Below are positions 14,066-27,139 of a stretch of 64,000 nucleotides of DNA, in pieces; position 1 is the first letter of the stretch; each line of letters starts with the position of its first letter. Location: contig CM061250.1 in the NCBI GenBank assembly GCA_022605425.2, positions 558,001-622,000 on the forward strand, in the 5' to 3' direction. The notes under the pieces were generated by a model. The model had not been told where the DNA came from. It did not search any database and saw only the letters and a list, made by a program, of their open reading frames with translations. The stretch is from Hamiltosporidium tvaerminnensis FI-OER-3-3 (taxonomy: Eukaryota > Fungi > Microsporidia). Made by a program: the position numbers and the translations under genes.

Positions 14066-14776
14066 GGTAGATAATCAAAGAAAATCTATCTGCTTGATAA
14101 TAAATAGGCGACTTGAAGTATTAAAACCTTGTTTGGATTTTTAATGGGAATAAAACCACACCATATTTTAAGTTGCCATTTGATTTGTATAATGAAGAGA
14201 AGGCCTACGAAATGGCAAAACTATTATTATAAATCATGCTTGGTGTTTTTTATGCAACTAGATTGTAGCCGGTGTTTGAATTCGGGAGTAATCTTCATGT
14301 AAATGCATAGAAAATTGTCTTTTCTCGCTTGGTTCGAAAGACTTGATGCATCAGAGATACTTAAATATAACTCTTTATAACCAGAGATCTAAGATGCGGG
14401 TTATTGCTTTTACTGAGATATTATACAATCCAGTTGGTCCAATATAAATCTCGAGATATATTCTAGTTTTATGTTTATTAATTTCAGAAAGCATAGTGTA
14501 AGTGGAAATGCTGCATAGTCTTGAGGAGTTCAGGGTGGATTCAAACCTACAAGAACCCTTTTTGCAGCTTAAATTAACGAAATTAAGGTACCTCCTTGTT
14601 CATTAATTGAGTTCTACACACCTTTCGATAGAATACATTGGAGTGTAGGTATCTTAGAATGTAATAAAAGAGTATCGAAGTGCAAATAATTATGTTAAAT
14701 CTAGACTTGATTTTATAGTATCAAAACAATTTTAAACTTGCTATTGTTTAAAAAAGTTGTCACATTCTTAAATAAA
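14066..14776 (+). repeat. Structured dispersed repeat, copy A
   Basis: Colinear by-eye similarity to 60580-61302 (actagattgta, ttcagaaag, taagtggaaatgctgcatagtc, ttctacacacct, tgtaggtatc, ttatgttaaa.ctaga). Ends in aataaa. Confidence 0.8.
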
Positions 14777-16238
14777 ATTTATTAACTCCTCTTTTAATAG
14801 CAAGAAGCGATATATCTTATTTTTTTAGATTAAGCTATAAAAAAAATACTATTTATCTATTTACTTGCGATTGATGCAATTACATCTTTAAGATAATATA
14901 TGGCTCGTATGTTACTGTAGCTAATTTAAATTCTTAAATGTTTAATTAAGCATTTTTTAAAGAAAAGAAATTTTTAAAAAAATTAAGTTTAAAGATTTTC
15001 AAATCCGAACGAAGGATCGAATAATAAACTGATATTTATTTTTATTTCTATTTTAACAAAATAGTAGTTTCTAAAAAGAAAGGTCTTATAAATTTGCTTG
15101 AATAGCGAAAAAAATACATTGAAAACATGTGTATTGTACATGAATTTTTTTATTTATCTCGAAGAAAAAAGTTTGTGAAAACATTTCCTTGTATTAGAAT
15201 TAAATATTAAGTACATTATTGCGCAAAATTTTATTTACTGATAATTTTTATATTTAAATTTTCATATCAAAGGTTGCTCACGAGAAATTCAAAATAAATC
15301 TGCTTCTAAATTAATTTAGACAAAATTGTTAACAAAAAGTAGAGTAAAAAGATAAAAACACATAACATTTTTGCAAAATATTTTTAAAACACATAAATAT
15401 TCTAAATAATTTACAAGTTTGTGTTTAAAAATCCTTGTAATTCTCGAATCGTTTTTTTGCTAAAAACATTTTAGATTCGTAAGATTTTTTTAAGTCTTCG
15501 TATGGTTTTACATCTCTTATAAACCTATAAATTTTCAAGTATATAATTAATTTAATTCGTTAAATATGAATTTTGTATCTTTTTGCTGACTAATCTTGAA
15601 TAATTATGATTAAAATATAAGAATCCGCTATTAGTAATTTTAATAGTTAAGATAAATGGAAATTTAAACGATTAATTGCTCAATGTGTCTTTCAGCTCTA
15701 TAAATTATAGCCTGAAATGAATATAATTAAATAAATTACATTCATATATCAGATAATTAATAAAGCCACCAATTAGCTTAAAATTTTATCATTATTAAAT
15801 AATTTATTAAAATTCAGATGTAGGAAATGATTGGAGAACTAGAATTTAAGTTATTGAATATTAGGGGTTTTACTCACATTTTTATTTCAATTAATTCATT
15901 AATTTTCTCCTTTTATTTCCTCAATTCAATATTTTGAACCAATGCTTTAATTTCGCACATTTATCTCCAATTTGGGGTTCAATAATTGTAATATTTGCTT
16001 GCTTAACAATCCATAGTGTATTTCTTTACGAATAAATAAAATATATTTAATTAAAATACGAGTTAACAAATTTTCTCTCTATTAAATGATTTCTTCCACA
16101 ATTTTAATCAGTTCATTGCCATATTTATACAAATAAATGAAAATAGAGAAAATATCTTTTTTTAAATTTTTAAATCACAAGTAATTGAAACGTTAAGAAA
16201 CTTATAAATTTAGAAACGAAAATATTTTTAAACAAGTT

Positions 16239-16937
16239 TTATTCCACTTTAATTCTCTCAGAAATACCACTCACGGCAGATTTAATTTCATCTTCAGATT
16301 TTTTTACTATTTTATCTGGATATATATCAAAAGAAACAATTCTACTCGTATTTAATTGGATAACTTCAGACAGAGAAGATATTGTTAACAGAAAAGGGTC
16401 TGATTCATTACTTTTTTCCATGAATTCGTTTACTTTCCCGCTTTTTTGTCCAATAGATCCACATCGATACCCTGAAAAATTACCATCTGGTTCGACTATA
16501 TATGCTTTGGATTGTTCATCTTCAAATCCAAAGAGGATAGATCTTATTCCAAACGGTCTTTTTCCTCCTTGAATTGTATATTTCTGTTTCACTCCAGAAA
16601 GTCGCACAGCCAACTGTGTAAGTGTAATATTTTCACTCGTCTGCAATTTATAATTTCTACATATTACTCTCGCCTTTTCAATAATAACATAAGAATCAGG
16701 ACTCAGTCCTGCATACGCCATATAGAAATGCTGGTCGGGATCGATTAATACAATTTTTTGTTCGTCATCTTCTACTAACATTTTATTTGAACCTTTTTTT
16801 TCAATACAAACTGAAATATATTCTTTTGAAGTTGAAAAAACAACCAAACTACCTTGTTCGCTTGCATGCTGTGCATATTCTACTTGTATAAGTCTACCAT
16901 CCGGTGAAAATACTGCAAGTGCATTGTCGTAAACCAT
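16239..16937 (-). CDS. PRE6: 20S proteasome subunit alpha type 7 (alpha4)
   Basis: N-terminal YDNALAVFSPDGRLIQVEYA alpha-subunit signature; YTIQGGKRPFG resembles alpha4 YTQSGGVRPFG. Confidence 0.88.
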   Translation of the reverse strand: MVYDNALAVFSPDGRLIQVEYAQHASEQGSLVVFSTSKEYISVCIEKKGSNKMLVEDDEQKIVLIDPDQHFYMAYAGLSPDSYVIIEKARVICRNYKLQTSENITLTQLAVRLSGVKQKYTIQGGKRPFGIRSILFGFEDEQSKAYIVEPDGNFSGYRCGSIGQKSGKVNEFMEKSNESDPFLLTISSLSEVIQLNTSRIVSFDIYPDKIVKKSEDEIKSAVSGISERIKVE

Positions 16938-17553
16938 TTATGGGTTACATATGTTTTTAGAAATATAAATTTTATTTGTTGGCTTTTTAATTTTTTTTTA
17001 TCTTTAAAGAATTTTAATGACTCAAGATTTTCTTATTTGGTGAAGCTATAATTTTTTTTTGGAATTTGATTTATCTGTAGAGAAAGTAAAAAAACCAAAG
17101 AAAAAGAAGTTTTGTTATTGTAATTCAATTTTTTAAGTTAATTTTAACCAAAAGTAAGTAATTAATATTTTTAGAATTCAAAAATTTGATATAAAAAATT
17201 AGAAATAAATGGTTTATTTTCGCTACGGATTTATACTAAATAGTATGTTCATAGCCATAATATGCATATATAGTATCAAGGTTTCGTTTTTTATTAAATT
17301 TTATTGTTTTATTTCAGAGAAATGTTTTATTAAATATTTTTATTGCAAATTATTTTATTACGTGACTTTTCTTTTTCAAAAATTTTTGATTTATTTGTGA
17401 TTTCTTTATTTTGATTTCCAAATTATGAAAATTAAAGTTAAAGATGCAATTTTGTTGTGTTTAGATTTTTATTTTTTATTATTTTTATTTGAAAAAAAAT
17501 TTGTTGATGCATAAATTAATTTAAAGATATAGCAAATCCGATAAGTACCCCTC
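16938..17553. promoter_or_regulatory. Divergent intergenic region with microsporidian CCC start-proximal motifs on both sides
   Basis: Minus strand taacccataaATG (ggg at 16942-16944) and plus strand gtacccctcATG (17548-17551). The same motif precedes the eS31 fusion (42535-42538), CHK1 (49948-49950) and PRI1 (63068-63071). Confidence 0.7.
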
Positions 17554-18885
17554 ATGTACGATCTAATAGTTATAGGAGCTGGAAGTGGGGGACTTTCTGC
17601 TGCAATTAAATCTAAGAAAATGGGAAAAAAGGTTTTATTAATAGAAAAGGCTAGAATAGGAGGTACATGTGTAAATGTGGGTTGTGTGCCGAAAAAAATA
17701 ACATATAATCTTTCCAATTTACTGTTTACCTTGAAGTTTTCGCAGTTTTATGGAATTTCAATTTCTGAATACAAAATAGATTTTGAAAAATTTGTAAAAA
17801 AACGAAATAAATATATTGAAAGATTAAATAATATTTACAAAGAAAAAATTAAAGATATTGAATATGTAGAAGGACATGCGATAGTTGAAAATGATCAAGT
17901 TATAGTGAATGAGAAGTGTTATACGTATAAAAATCTTTTATTGGCTACAGGAAGTAAATCTATTGTTCCTGAAATACCGGGAAAAGAATATTTGTTCAAT
18001 AGTGATGATTTTTTTGAGTTAAAAGAAAGACCTGACAAGGTTGTAATTATTGGAAGTGGATATATTGGTATTGAAATGTCTTTTATGTTTGTCTCACTCG
18101 GATCAGAGGTATCCATTATATGTAGAAAAAATGCTGTCTTGTCTAAATTTGATAAGATGATATCTGAAAATGTCATTTTATATATGAAAGAAGCCGGTAT
18201 CCGAATATTTTTTGATACAGAAATCGAAAGAATAGAAAAAATTGATAAAAAATACAAATTAACTTTCAAAAACAAAGAAGAAAATTTTGTTTTAAATGAT
18301 ATTGATTTTCCATTATGTGCTATCGGAAGAGACTCAGATTTAAGTTTTATAAAATCAAAGATCGAGAAAAATGGCAATTTTTTGAAGGTAAATGAAAATT
18401 TCAAAACTTCAATAAAAAATGTATATGCGATAGGAGATATCATAAACAATTACATGCTTACACCAGTTGCAATTTTCTGTGGAAGAAGTCTAGTTGATCA
18501 TATATTTGAATCGAAATATAAAAATATCGAACAAGAATTAAGAATATTTGAATGTGTGCCAAGTGTCGTATTTTCTCATCCACCTGTTGCTACCGTAGGA
18601 CTGAGTGAAGAAGAAGCAAGGCGAAAATATTCAGAAAAAGTAAAAATTTATAAAAGTCGTTTTGTAAATCTTTATTTTAGTATGTCAGATACCAAAGAAT
18701 ATAGTGAATATAAGATTGTAGTTGTTGAAGATAAAGTAATAGGAATTCATATCTGTGGACTTGGAAGTGATGAAATAATACAAGGATTTGCAGTAGCTAT
18801 AAAGAATGGTCTTAACTATAATGATTTAAAAAATTGTATTGGTGTCCATCCTACAGCCTCAGAAGAACTTCTTTTTACAGAATAA
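17554..18885 (+). CDS. GLR1: Glutathione reductase
   Basis: GAGSGG FAD motif, GGTCVNVGCVPKK redox-active disulfide, GSGYIG NADPH motif, LTPVAI and C-terminal HPTASEE. Confidence 0.93.
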   Translation: MYDLIVIGAGSGGLSAAIKSKKMGKKVLLIEKARIGGTCVNVGCVPKKITYNLSNLLFTLKFSQFYGISISEYKIDFEKFVKKRNKYIERLNNIYKEKIKDIEYVEGHAIVENDQVIVNEKCYTYKNLLLATGSKSIVPEIPGKEYLFNSDDFFELKERPDKVVIIGSGYIGIEMSFMFVSLGSEVSIICRKNAVLSKFDKMISENVILYMKEAGIRIFFDTEIERIEKIDKKYKLTFKNKEENFVLNDIDFPLCAIGRDSDLSFIKSKIEKNGNFLKVNENFKTSIKNVYAIGDIINNYMLTPVAIFCGRSLVDHIFESKYKNIEQELRIFECVPSVVFSHPPVATVGLSEEEARRKYSEKVKIYKSRFVNLYFSMSDTKEYSEYKIVVVEDKVIGIHICGLGSDEIIQGFAVAIKNGLNYNDLKNCIGVHPTASEELLFTE

Positions 18886-20508
18886 AAATCTTATAAATAA
18901 AGTTGTTGAAAATTCTTTAATTTTATTAGAACGTGTTTTTTCTTAAAAGTTTATTTCATTTACCACAAAATTCAATTAAAATGCTTTAAATTTATTTTTC
19001 ATCTTTTAACTGGATTTAGAATCAAAGAATATTTTTAAAATAAAATTAGATTTGTTCTAATCAGTAAATATATTTAATACAAATTTGATATTTTTTTATT
19101 CCAATTTTTTATAAAAAATAAATTATTTCAAATATATAAATCCCAAACTTTGTAACAAGTTGTATTTATTGTAACATTAAAAATATTCTTTAACTAAAAC
19201 CTAATTAGTGTCAATATTTACAAAGTTTTTTACTCATTTGGGTTTAAATAAAAAAAAAATATAAATTCTAAACTCAAATGAAATATAAAAATCAAATTAA
19301 ATTTATAAAAATTAAAGTCTATATTTTAAAATCAAAAGCAATGGTGATATACCTGTAATTCTTATTAGATTTTTTAATCTTTAATCAAGAAAAAATTTGT
19401 GGTTTATTTCGAATTTAATTTTCCGAATCTACGAGATAAAAATTTCGGTTAAAGAGAATATTTTGTTATTTCTTATATCTATATTGTGTATTCTAAATTC
19501 TAAAATATTTTAATTTTCTAGTTTTTATTTTAAGAATATATTTCATTTAAACACACACACAGTAAAAAATATTTTTAAAGTAAAATATTTTTCTAGTTTA
19601 TGATATATTATTTCTAATGAAAAAAATTATAAATTCTTTATATATGGCAATAGATTTCAACATATTTGGTAAATAATGATTATATTATACATTTCTTAAA
19701 TTATGTGTTTTAAATTTAGTCTTTAATTTTTTCAGAATATTTTCATACTTCAATGTATTGCTTGTTTACTATAACTCTTAGATTGATAAAGTATTGAAGA
19801 TATAGACCGTTCATATTTTGTATTTTCTCTTTATTTGCTTGCATTTCTTTAGCATATTATCTTAATATTCTTTTTAATTTTTTCAATATTGATTTCCTAT
19901 TTCTAGCCTATAAAATACTTCGATTATCGATTTGACTGACTATGTGAGATTTATTTTTTAAAACAAATACCTTTTACATAATCAAAGTTTCTAATACAAT
20001 ATTCTAATACAAAGCACATTCGTTGTAAATTCTCTATAAAAAATAAAGTTTTAAATAATTAAAAAAATTTATCTTGTCTTAAATTTTATAAAAGAAATCA
20101 AATATGTTTAGAATAGTTTAATGGTTGTCAATTTTGATAATTTAAAATATAATTTAGAATTCTTAACTCTATTTATCTTGATATTTTATTTTTAAATTTT
20201 CAGGATTATATAATACTGACTGATTTTTCGATTATCCTGATATTAATATATTTATTTTAGAAAATATTTCCTTGATAATATACCTTAGAGCACCCTAATT
20301 TATTTATAAAAATCGGATAAACAAACTTACAAATTAGATTAATTATTATTCATTTAATAAATATTTAAACAATTTAAAATACTTATAGATAATTTAAACA
20401 AAAGAAAGCTTAACTTTTATGAAACTTTAATTCTAGATTGTTCTAAGACAAATTTCAAATCAGATAAACAAATGAAACTATTTATTTAATTCTCAAATGT
20501 AAACAAAT

Positions 20509-20940
20509 ATGATGAAGGTAAAAGAACTTATACAACTCTGGGAGAATAGAATACAGGTAAACAAAGCAAATGATAAAACCGAGTATATGTTCTCAAAGGA
20601 ATCTTCTGTTTTTATCGCAGAAAGCAATAAAAGATCTGACGGCTTAGAAATCAAGACAATAGATATTGTTTTTGAAGAAAATCATGAAAAAATAGATATT
20701 TATAAGTCAACTACAGAAAATTTAATCGAAAATACACCAATACAAAACACACGTCAATATTCACAACAAGACGTTCTTGATTTAATAAACGAAATGGTGA
20801 TTAAAATAAAGAATACTCGAATCGAATTGACAATTCCTGAAGAAAACTATAAAAAAACAAAATATAAAAAAAGATTTAAGAATCGAGGTTATTCTGGCAG
20901 TCACTATACTATGATAGGTATAAAATGGGCAACTTTATGA
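20509..20940 (+). CDS. Hypothetical protein (143 aa), possibly a gene or TE fragment
   Basis: Open frame with protein-like composition in very AT-rich DNA; no recognisable motif. Confidence 0.3.
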   Translation: MMKVKELIQLWENRIQVNKANDKTEYMFSKESSVFIAESNKRSDGLEIKTIDIVFEENHEKIDIYKSTTENLIENTPIQNTRQYSQQDVLDLINEMVIKIKNTRIELTIPEENYKKTKYKKRFKNRGYSGSHYTMIGIKWATL

Positions 20941-21149
20941 TATATTTAGATAAAAGTGATGTAAAAAATAAAAAATAAAAATGAATTTGATCGTAAAGTC
21001 GTTTTTGTATTCTTATTTTATACTTCTTTAGAATATTTTAAAATCATTTATGTTTATTACATACATCTGAGGAAATGTTTTAATGATGTTCTCAAACATT
21101 AACGAACTATAATATTTATATTTTGCTATATTTACTAATATTATTCACG

Positions 21150-21830
21150 AGGATGAGGTGAAGAAAAAAATGTTACTAATACTTGATTGGAAAGCGATTA
21201 GGTAAAACGGCTTGAGAAACATGAAATAAAATCAATGCGAGATAAAAGAGACCTGTTAAACATTGCTTGCTTTGAAGAAATTTGTACATTGAAAATTATT
21301 TACAAAATGATGAAACTTTCTCTTAAAAGTAGCATTTTAAATTTTTTTACAAAATTAGATTGTTAAAGGCGACAAAACCAGTAAACAACTTCCCAATTAA
21401 AAACATGAAAACTTAGTTTTTCTTGACTCTGATTAGAAGAATTGGTGCCTCATACAAACAAAAACATATCTTTAAGGTAGTATTTCAATGTCAAAGTAAA
21501 ATTTAAAGTTGCCTCGATATACCGGGCAAGCAGTTTATATTATTAAATCACTCGTTTGAAATTATAATACTACACTTCTGAGGAGAAACCGAGGGGATTC
21601 CGAATCGGAGTAACACACCAAGAAACAAACACCTAAAAATTCCGGATAACCAACTTCATATTTAATCAAGCGTATGTAGGGTTAAGAAGTAAATATTGTT
21701 ATTTATGCTTAAAGAATACCGATAGAAGTTTCAAAAGCGGAAAACAGCGTAAAGCCCGAAGCCATGTGAATCTACGTGACACAATATATATAAAATATGC
21801 AGTTTCTATAAAATGAAGCTTATTTTTTTA
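21150..21830 (+). repeat. Structured dispersed repeat, diverged copy G
   Basis: ttcccaattaaaaacatgaaaacttag...gattagaagaattggtgcct matches copy D ttccattaaaagcatggaaacctag...gattagaagatttagcgcct. ataccgatagaagttt matches ttccgatggagttt. Ends approximate. Confidence 0.55.
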
Positions 21831-21881
21831 ATACATATTTAAATTTCACAATTAAATTGATCTAAAATAAATTATTTTTCA

Positions 21882-21985
21882 GATGGAGAGAGAATAGCCA
21901 TATTAAAAACTATCTAGTTCTCATGAGTGTGTACAAAAACATTTTCGATATTTTGGTTGATATAAACCACACTGGATATATAGGC
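21882..21985 (+). repeat. Structured repeat, 5' fragment (copy I), tandem after G
   Basis: atagccatattaaaaact...atgagtgtgt...ttttggttga.ataaaccacac resembles the 5' ends of copies B and D. Confidence 0.45.
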
Positions 21986-22559
21986 CAACACCCTGTAATC
22001 CCGAGCTACACTAGATTAAGAAGCAATTAGAAAACTTTAAGTTGTTTATCTTTGACACCGAGAGGTAAAAGAGGGATTGAATAGGTGAGAAAGTATAAAC
22101 TCTTTTAACCTTAATATGTATTTCATATCATCACTATGTGTTAAAACAAAAAAAATAAACAAAAAAACTCTGAAGTAGATATTGTATCAAAAGAGAAGCA
22201 TTATGATTTTTAATAAAAAGCTGCATGTGAAACAAAATTCTTTTTTTTAGGATTATATATTTTACGATCAATACGAAGGAAAGATTATTATGAATAATTA
22301 CCAATATGAATGAGCAATTTGAATAATTAAAAAATTTAATAGAATAATTTCTACACTAGTAGTCATATTATTAATGTACTGGTTTCTCCCTTTAATATAA
22401 CCAATTATTAGAGTTTGTAATGATTGTTGCTGAATGCCGATTATTTATCCTGGGCTTTAACAATTTAAGGATTGTTTCTAGTTTTATGTTTTTAAGTGCT
22501 ATAGTATTTTTTATAAGGTTAAAATACAATAACTTGTGTTACCTGAAATAAGTAATATG

Positions 22560-24260
22560 AAGTATGGCATCGAAGAGCAACTAAATGAACTGTGTATATC
22601 AAAAAGTCAAAATATACTAATTCTCTCAAAAATTATTAGTTAAAGATAATAGAAAATATTAAAGGATCTAAAAAAAGAAGCAGAAAAAACCGCAGATTAT
22701 CAGCATTTACATGGGGTTGATGTTATAACTTCAGGATAGAAGGGAAAACCGATAATTCCTGTAAATAAAGATAAAGTGGAATTTGAGTTTTAGGTACATC
22801 AAGAAGAGCCATTTCTACTTTTACATGATTTGGATGTTGCGATTGGGCATGGGTGTTGAACTTCTGGAAATAGAGATAAATTCAAGTCATAAAGAAATCA
22901 CTAGATTAATTATGGAAATAAATATTAGGTTATTCATGTCTTGTAAAAAAAAACGCAGCGATAAAAAAAGGATTGGTGGTAAAGCCAATATTTCAGACAA
23001 GCATGAACCTAAGGTTTAAGTTATATATAATCGAACTATACTCACAACCAGGTGACCTATATAAATTTGTATTTATATACCAACATTATTTTTCAAGATC
23101 TTTTCAAGTTCGGCATCTTAAAAGCAAAAGTTCAGTAGAGATGCTAGATTTTCTTTTTAATATTTTTACCGTTTTTGAAGGGCCTTCTATTTTCCAAGTG
23201 ATAATGCAGAGAGAATTTGCTATAAATACTGTTGAATAACTATTAGAATGTGACCTAGGTCGAAGATGATACATAAAAAACCTAGATCCCTCAAAGTCAA
23301 GGCATGTAGAACGTATACATCAAAATATTTAAACTATGCTTCATACTTGGCTGGAAGAGAATAACAACAGAAAGTTGGTCAGAGAGCTTGCAAGTTTTTG
23401 AGAGTAGGAAAAATAGAGCTATCATTGTGTAATAAACTTTAATTCGTGTTAAGCCATGGTTAAAATAAATCCTTAAGTTGGTTTAAAAAAGTTATATTCC
23501 TATAGAAGTTCTGCCTAAAATAAATTCTAAAAGCGTTTTGGTGGTAATATCAATAGATCAGAACAATCCAGAATCCTTTTAAGAAGATACCTTGCAAGAC
23601 AAAAAAATCAAATAACGACATGTTAAAATAAGAGAAAGAAATATCTTCTAGTTATGATAATGGTTAATCGGCAACTTCTTTATCTATATCTCTAGATTTC
23701 AGAGCCATCTGATCTTTTAGTACTGGTCATGAAAAAGTGCAAAGGAATTTAATGATGATTTTCCAGAATATTCTAATTGTTTAAAAAGAATCAGATACGT
23801 TAAAAATTTGTTGATTTCCGCAAGAACTTTAACAAGCTGAAAAAATGATTTAAATTTCTTATTCAAAATACCCTGCCGCTGAGGAGGGTGACACGATGAG
23901 AGCCAATGCCCCTGGTGTCTACAGAGAACGTGAGACAAAAAAATTATGGCGTTTATCCTAGAAATAAAAGATGCTAATCATTTTGAATTAAGTACGAAAC
24001 ATATACTCTTAAATCAACTTTACGCGAGGAACCAATTTAAAATATTCAATTCAAAGTTTATTTGTATCGAAAAAATTTCACATTCTGAGATTCTTTTTAG
24101 ATAGAATGTTTAAGAATTTCGCCCGGGACAAGAAAGTCGGCTATATAGTAGATCTTAGAGCAAACTCAAAATTAAGTCTGAAAAATCCAAATGTCGAAAA
24201 AAAACATACATCTCCAAATGTAAAAACATTGGAGGCTGTTTAACAAAAAATGATCTGTGA
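22560..24260 (+). mobile_element. Degenerate Ginger2-like (KRBA2/SCAND3-type integrase) DNA transposon
   Basis: VVKPIF..YKFVFIYQHYFSR..LKSKSSVEM..IFTVFEGPSIFQ integrase core and an EGDTMR..VYRER segment homologous to the 56.8-59.0 kb element. TIRs not resolved. Confidence 0.75.
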
Positions 24261-25899
24261 TTTGGCATTTTTTTTTAAATGTATATGTTTTTTTCTCAAA
24301 AATACATGTTTTCATACTAATGAACTTTAATTTAATACTCACGTTTATATTGGAACTAAATTAAAAGATTTATTAAATTGCCTATTCATCTATGTCATAA
24401 TAAATACTGACCAATTACTCAAATAGAGTTACTATATATCAGTAATCTAATTTTGTATAGATTACCGGTTTTTTTCCTAAAAACTTCAAGATTTTTTTTA
24501 TATTCTCATCATAGAATAGAAAAGGTACTTTTAAAATGAATTTAAATGAATTATTAGGACATTTCTTTCGTTAATAACATTCATTTGAAATTAAAAAAAT
24601 TAGATAAATAAATGGTATAAGAGAAAAAAATTTGAATAATATTGCTGACTATTTAGAAACCTTACAACAAAGAATAAAAAAAAGTTCCTTGCGTTTTAAA
24701 AGTAATTTCATTAAGAAATTTAAAAAGGTTGTTTCTTTGTATAAAATTTAAAGTAATTTTGTCGAGTTAATTAAGAAACGTGGAAGATATATTTTTAAAA
24801 TATTTCTATTAATATACAAACATCAATGAAACTATTTAGAGGTCGCAATAATTCATTATTTACTTTAAAAACATATTCCAAAGTTTTTGTGTCAAGAACC
24901 GCCGTATTTTATTTTGGAAAGCTTTCACTTAAATAAACCATTTTAAAATTTCTCATTAACCTAAGTTTTAAACATTTTCAGCAATATATATACATAAGTA
25001 TAAAGAATCTATAAAAAATTTTCTCACATCTGATATATATAAGGTTATAATTACAATATACATGCTCTAGATTATGTTATCCTTTTATTCTTTATGAAAT
25101 CACATTTTGAAAACTATTCTGATAATTAACATAGATGATAGAAAATTATTTAAATATATCCTTTAAAATTATAGGTATCATGTTTAAATTTCGCAATATG
25201 TTTGTTTTAAAAGAAAATATCGGCCAAAATTATCTTTTAAATCCAGTGTATTCTTTTAGGTCTGGCAAAAATCTAAAAATCCGTTGTATTTCAAAAGTTA
25301 CTACGTGTTAAAATTGCAATATCACCTTTTTTTATTTTACCTTTAAGATCAATATCGAAGTTGAAAGGGTCTATGTAATTTATATTGTACTAATAATTTA
25401 AAAAACCACCCGAGGCAAAATAATTTTACTTTCACTTGATAGATTTAATTAGAAGTATTTTTTCTTAAATTTAATTCAAAATTGTTTCTTGATAAAAAAA
25501 TTTAATGTCCAACAAATGCTTTAAACAATTTCTAAGTATTATATGAATATGAATAGATCCAAAAATATTTATATTATGAGTAGTTTCTTAAAAAAACTTT
25601 ATTCACAATCTTCATAGAGTTTAAAGCATTTTGATCAAATTAATTAGTTAATCATTCCATTGGTTTCTATCTTTCGGATAGAAGATGAATAGATTGGAAG
25701 TTTTTCATCTGTTTCGTTTAATCTGTTTTAACTTGGAATCCTAAGAAATTGACTAATATATCCGGTGTGCATTGTACCTCACCACAATAGCAGCAATGAT
25801 TTCACACTAATTTTACTCCCCCGTTGTTAAGCAGATAAGTTTTAAAGTGGTTATTATTCCTGCAACTATTTTTATAAAATACAATCTTAATTTTCTGAT

Positions 25900-26085
25900 C
25901 TTCTGGAGGGCCGGGTTCGATCCCGGTTGGCGCACTCGTTATCTTTCGTTCGGAAAGTTCACATGAAGCCGACAACCTAATCAACCAACGAATATTGTCT
26001 TTGGAACGCCTATAACTTGGCAAATCCAGGATTCATCGTTGGATTATGTTCCATCCGTAGGGAAGGAGCGAGCCTTGAATTCAAT
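25900..26085 (+). other. GC-rich island beginning with a tRNA 3'-half/B-box-like sequence (possible SINE head or tRNA pseudogene)
   Basis: ggagggccgggttcgatcccggttggcgca forms a T-arm-like hairpin ccggg/cccgg around TTCGAT. No matching 5' acceptor strand found. Confidence 0.35.
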
Positions 26086-27139
26086 GAAAATTTTTTTTCG
26101 CACGATTCGATCAAAATATAAATCATTGTGAGATTTATCATCTTAAAGCAAAAAGAATTTCATCAAAAACCAAAAAATTTATATTTTTGATTTTAATCAC
26201 CGGTATAAAGATAGCTTCTAATCGTATTATGATGAACATTAAATTAAAATAATTTTTAGTAATTATTTTAAACATTATATCTAAAAGTGAAATTTCAAAT
26301 CGAATATTTGTAAAATTAAATTGGTTTCATTTTTAATTTTGTTCTTGTATTTTGTTCCGTAAATATATCTTTCATATTTAATTTTCTCTCTTAACTATAA
26401 ATTTTGGATTTTTTCGCATTTAAATGCAAATAACAATTAAATCAGGTAAATAATATTCATTTAATTATCTAATTTATTTCGTTCTGTATGGACGATTTTT
26501 TAGTTCGGAGGTATATCTTAGAATTATATATGAGGATTATCAATGTTCCTTCTTGGCTCCAGAGATATATTTGAACCCTAATTCTTTACTTAGGTTATAA
26601 AAAGATTTCGAGCAGCATTTTTTTGTATTAATAACCAACGAAAATATTTATATAAACCATGTTTTCTGCTTTTTTGGTTTCAAAGATATTTTGCGAAATT
26701 CTAATTCAGATAAATACGTATTTTACTTAGTAATATTTTATGAAAAATCTCTGAATTGTTGATTCTTACCGTACAAACGCATTTTTATGCTTACAAACCG
26801 ACCCATATCCTACAAATAGTACACTATCTGTTTTATTCAAACCGGAAGACTACATATAAGAGTTGTTGATATTTTTTACATATAGGTCCAAGTTTATTAA
26901 AAATAGAAATAAATTAAATCTGAAAGTCATCATTCGATTAAAAACTATAAATTTAGACGTTTATGGGCATATAAGTCGATCCGGGAAATACCTTCTAGTA
27001 TCATTACAGTCAGTTGCGGTTTCAAAAATTTTTCGGCTGCGTTTTTAAAATATTAAAAAGTTCTTCTATTTTTGTTGCAAACATATTTTAAATATGTTGT
27101 TTGCTTAAAAATCCTACTATAGTATTGTTTTGGACTTTC

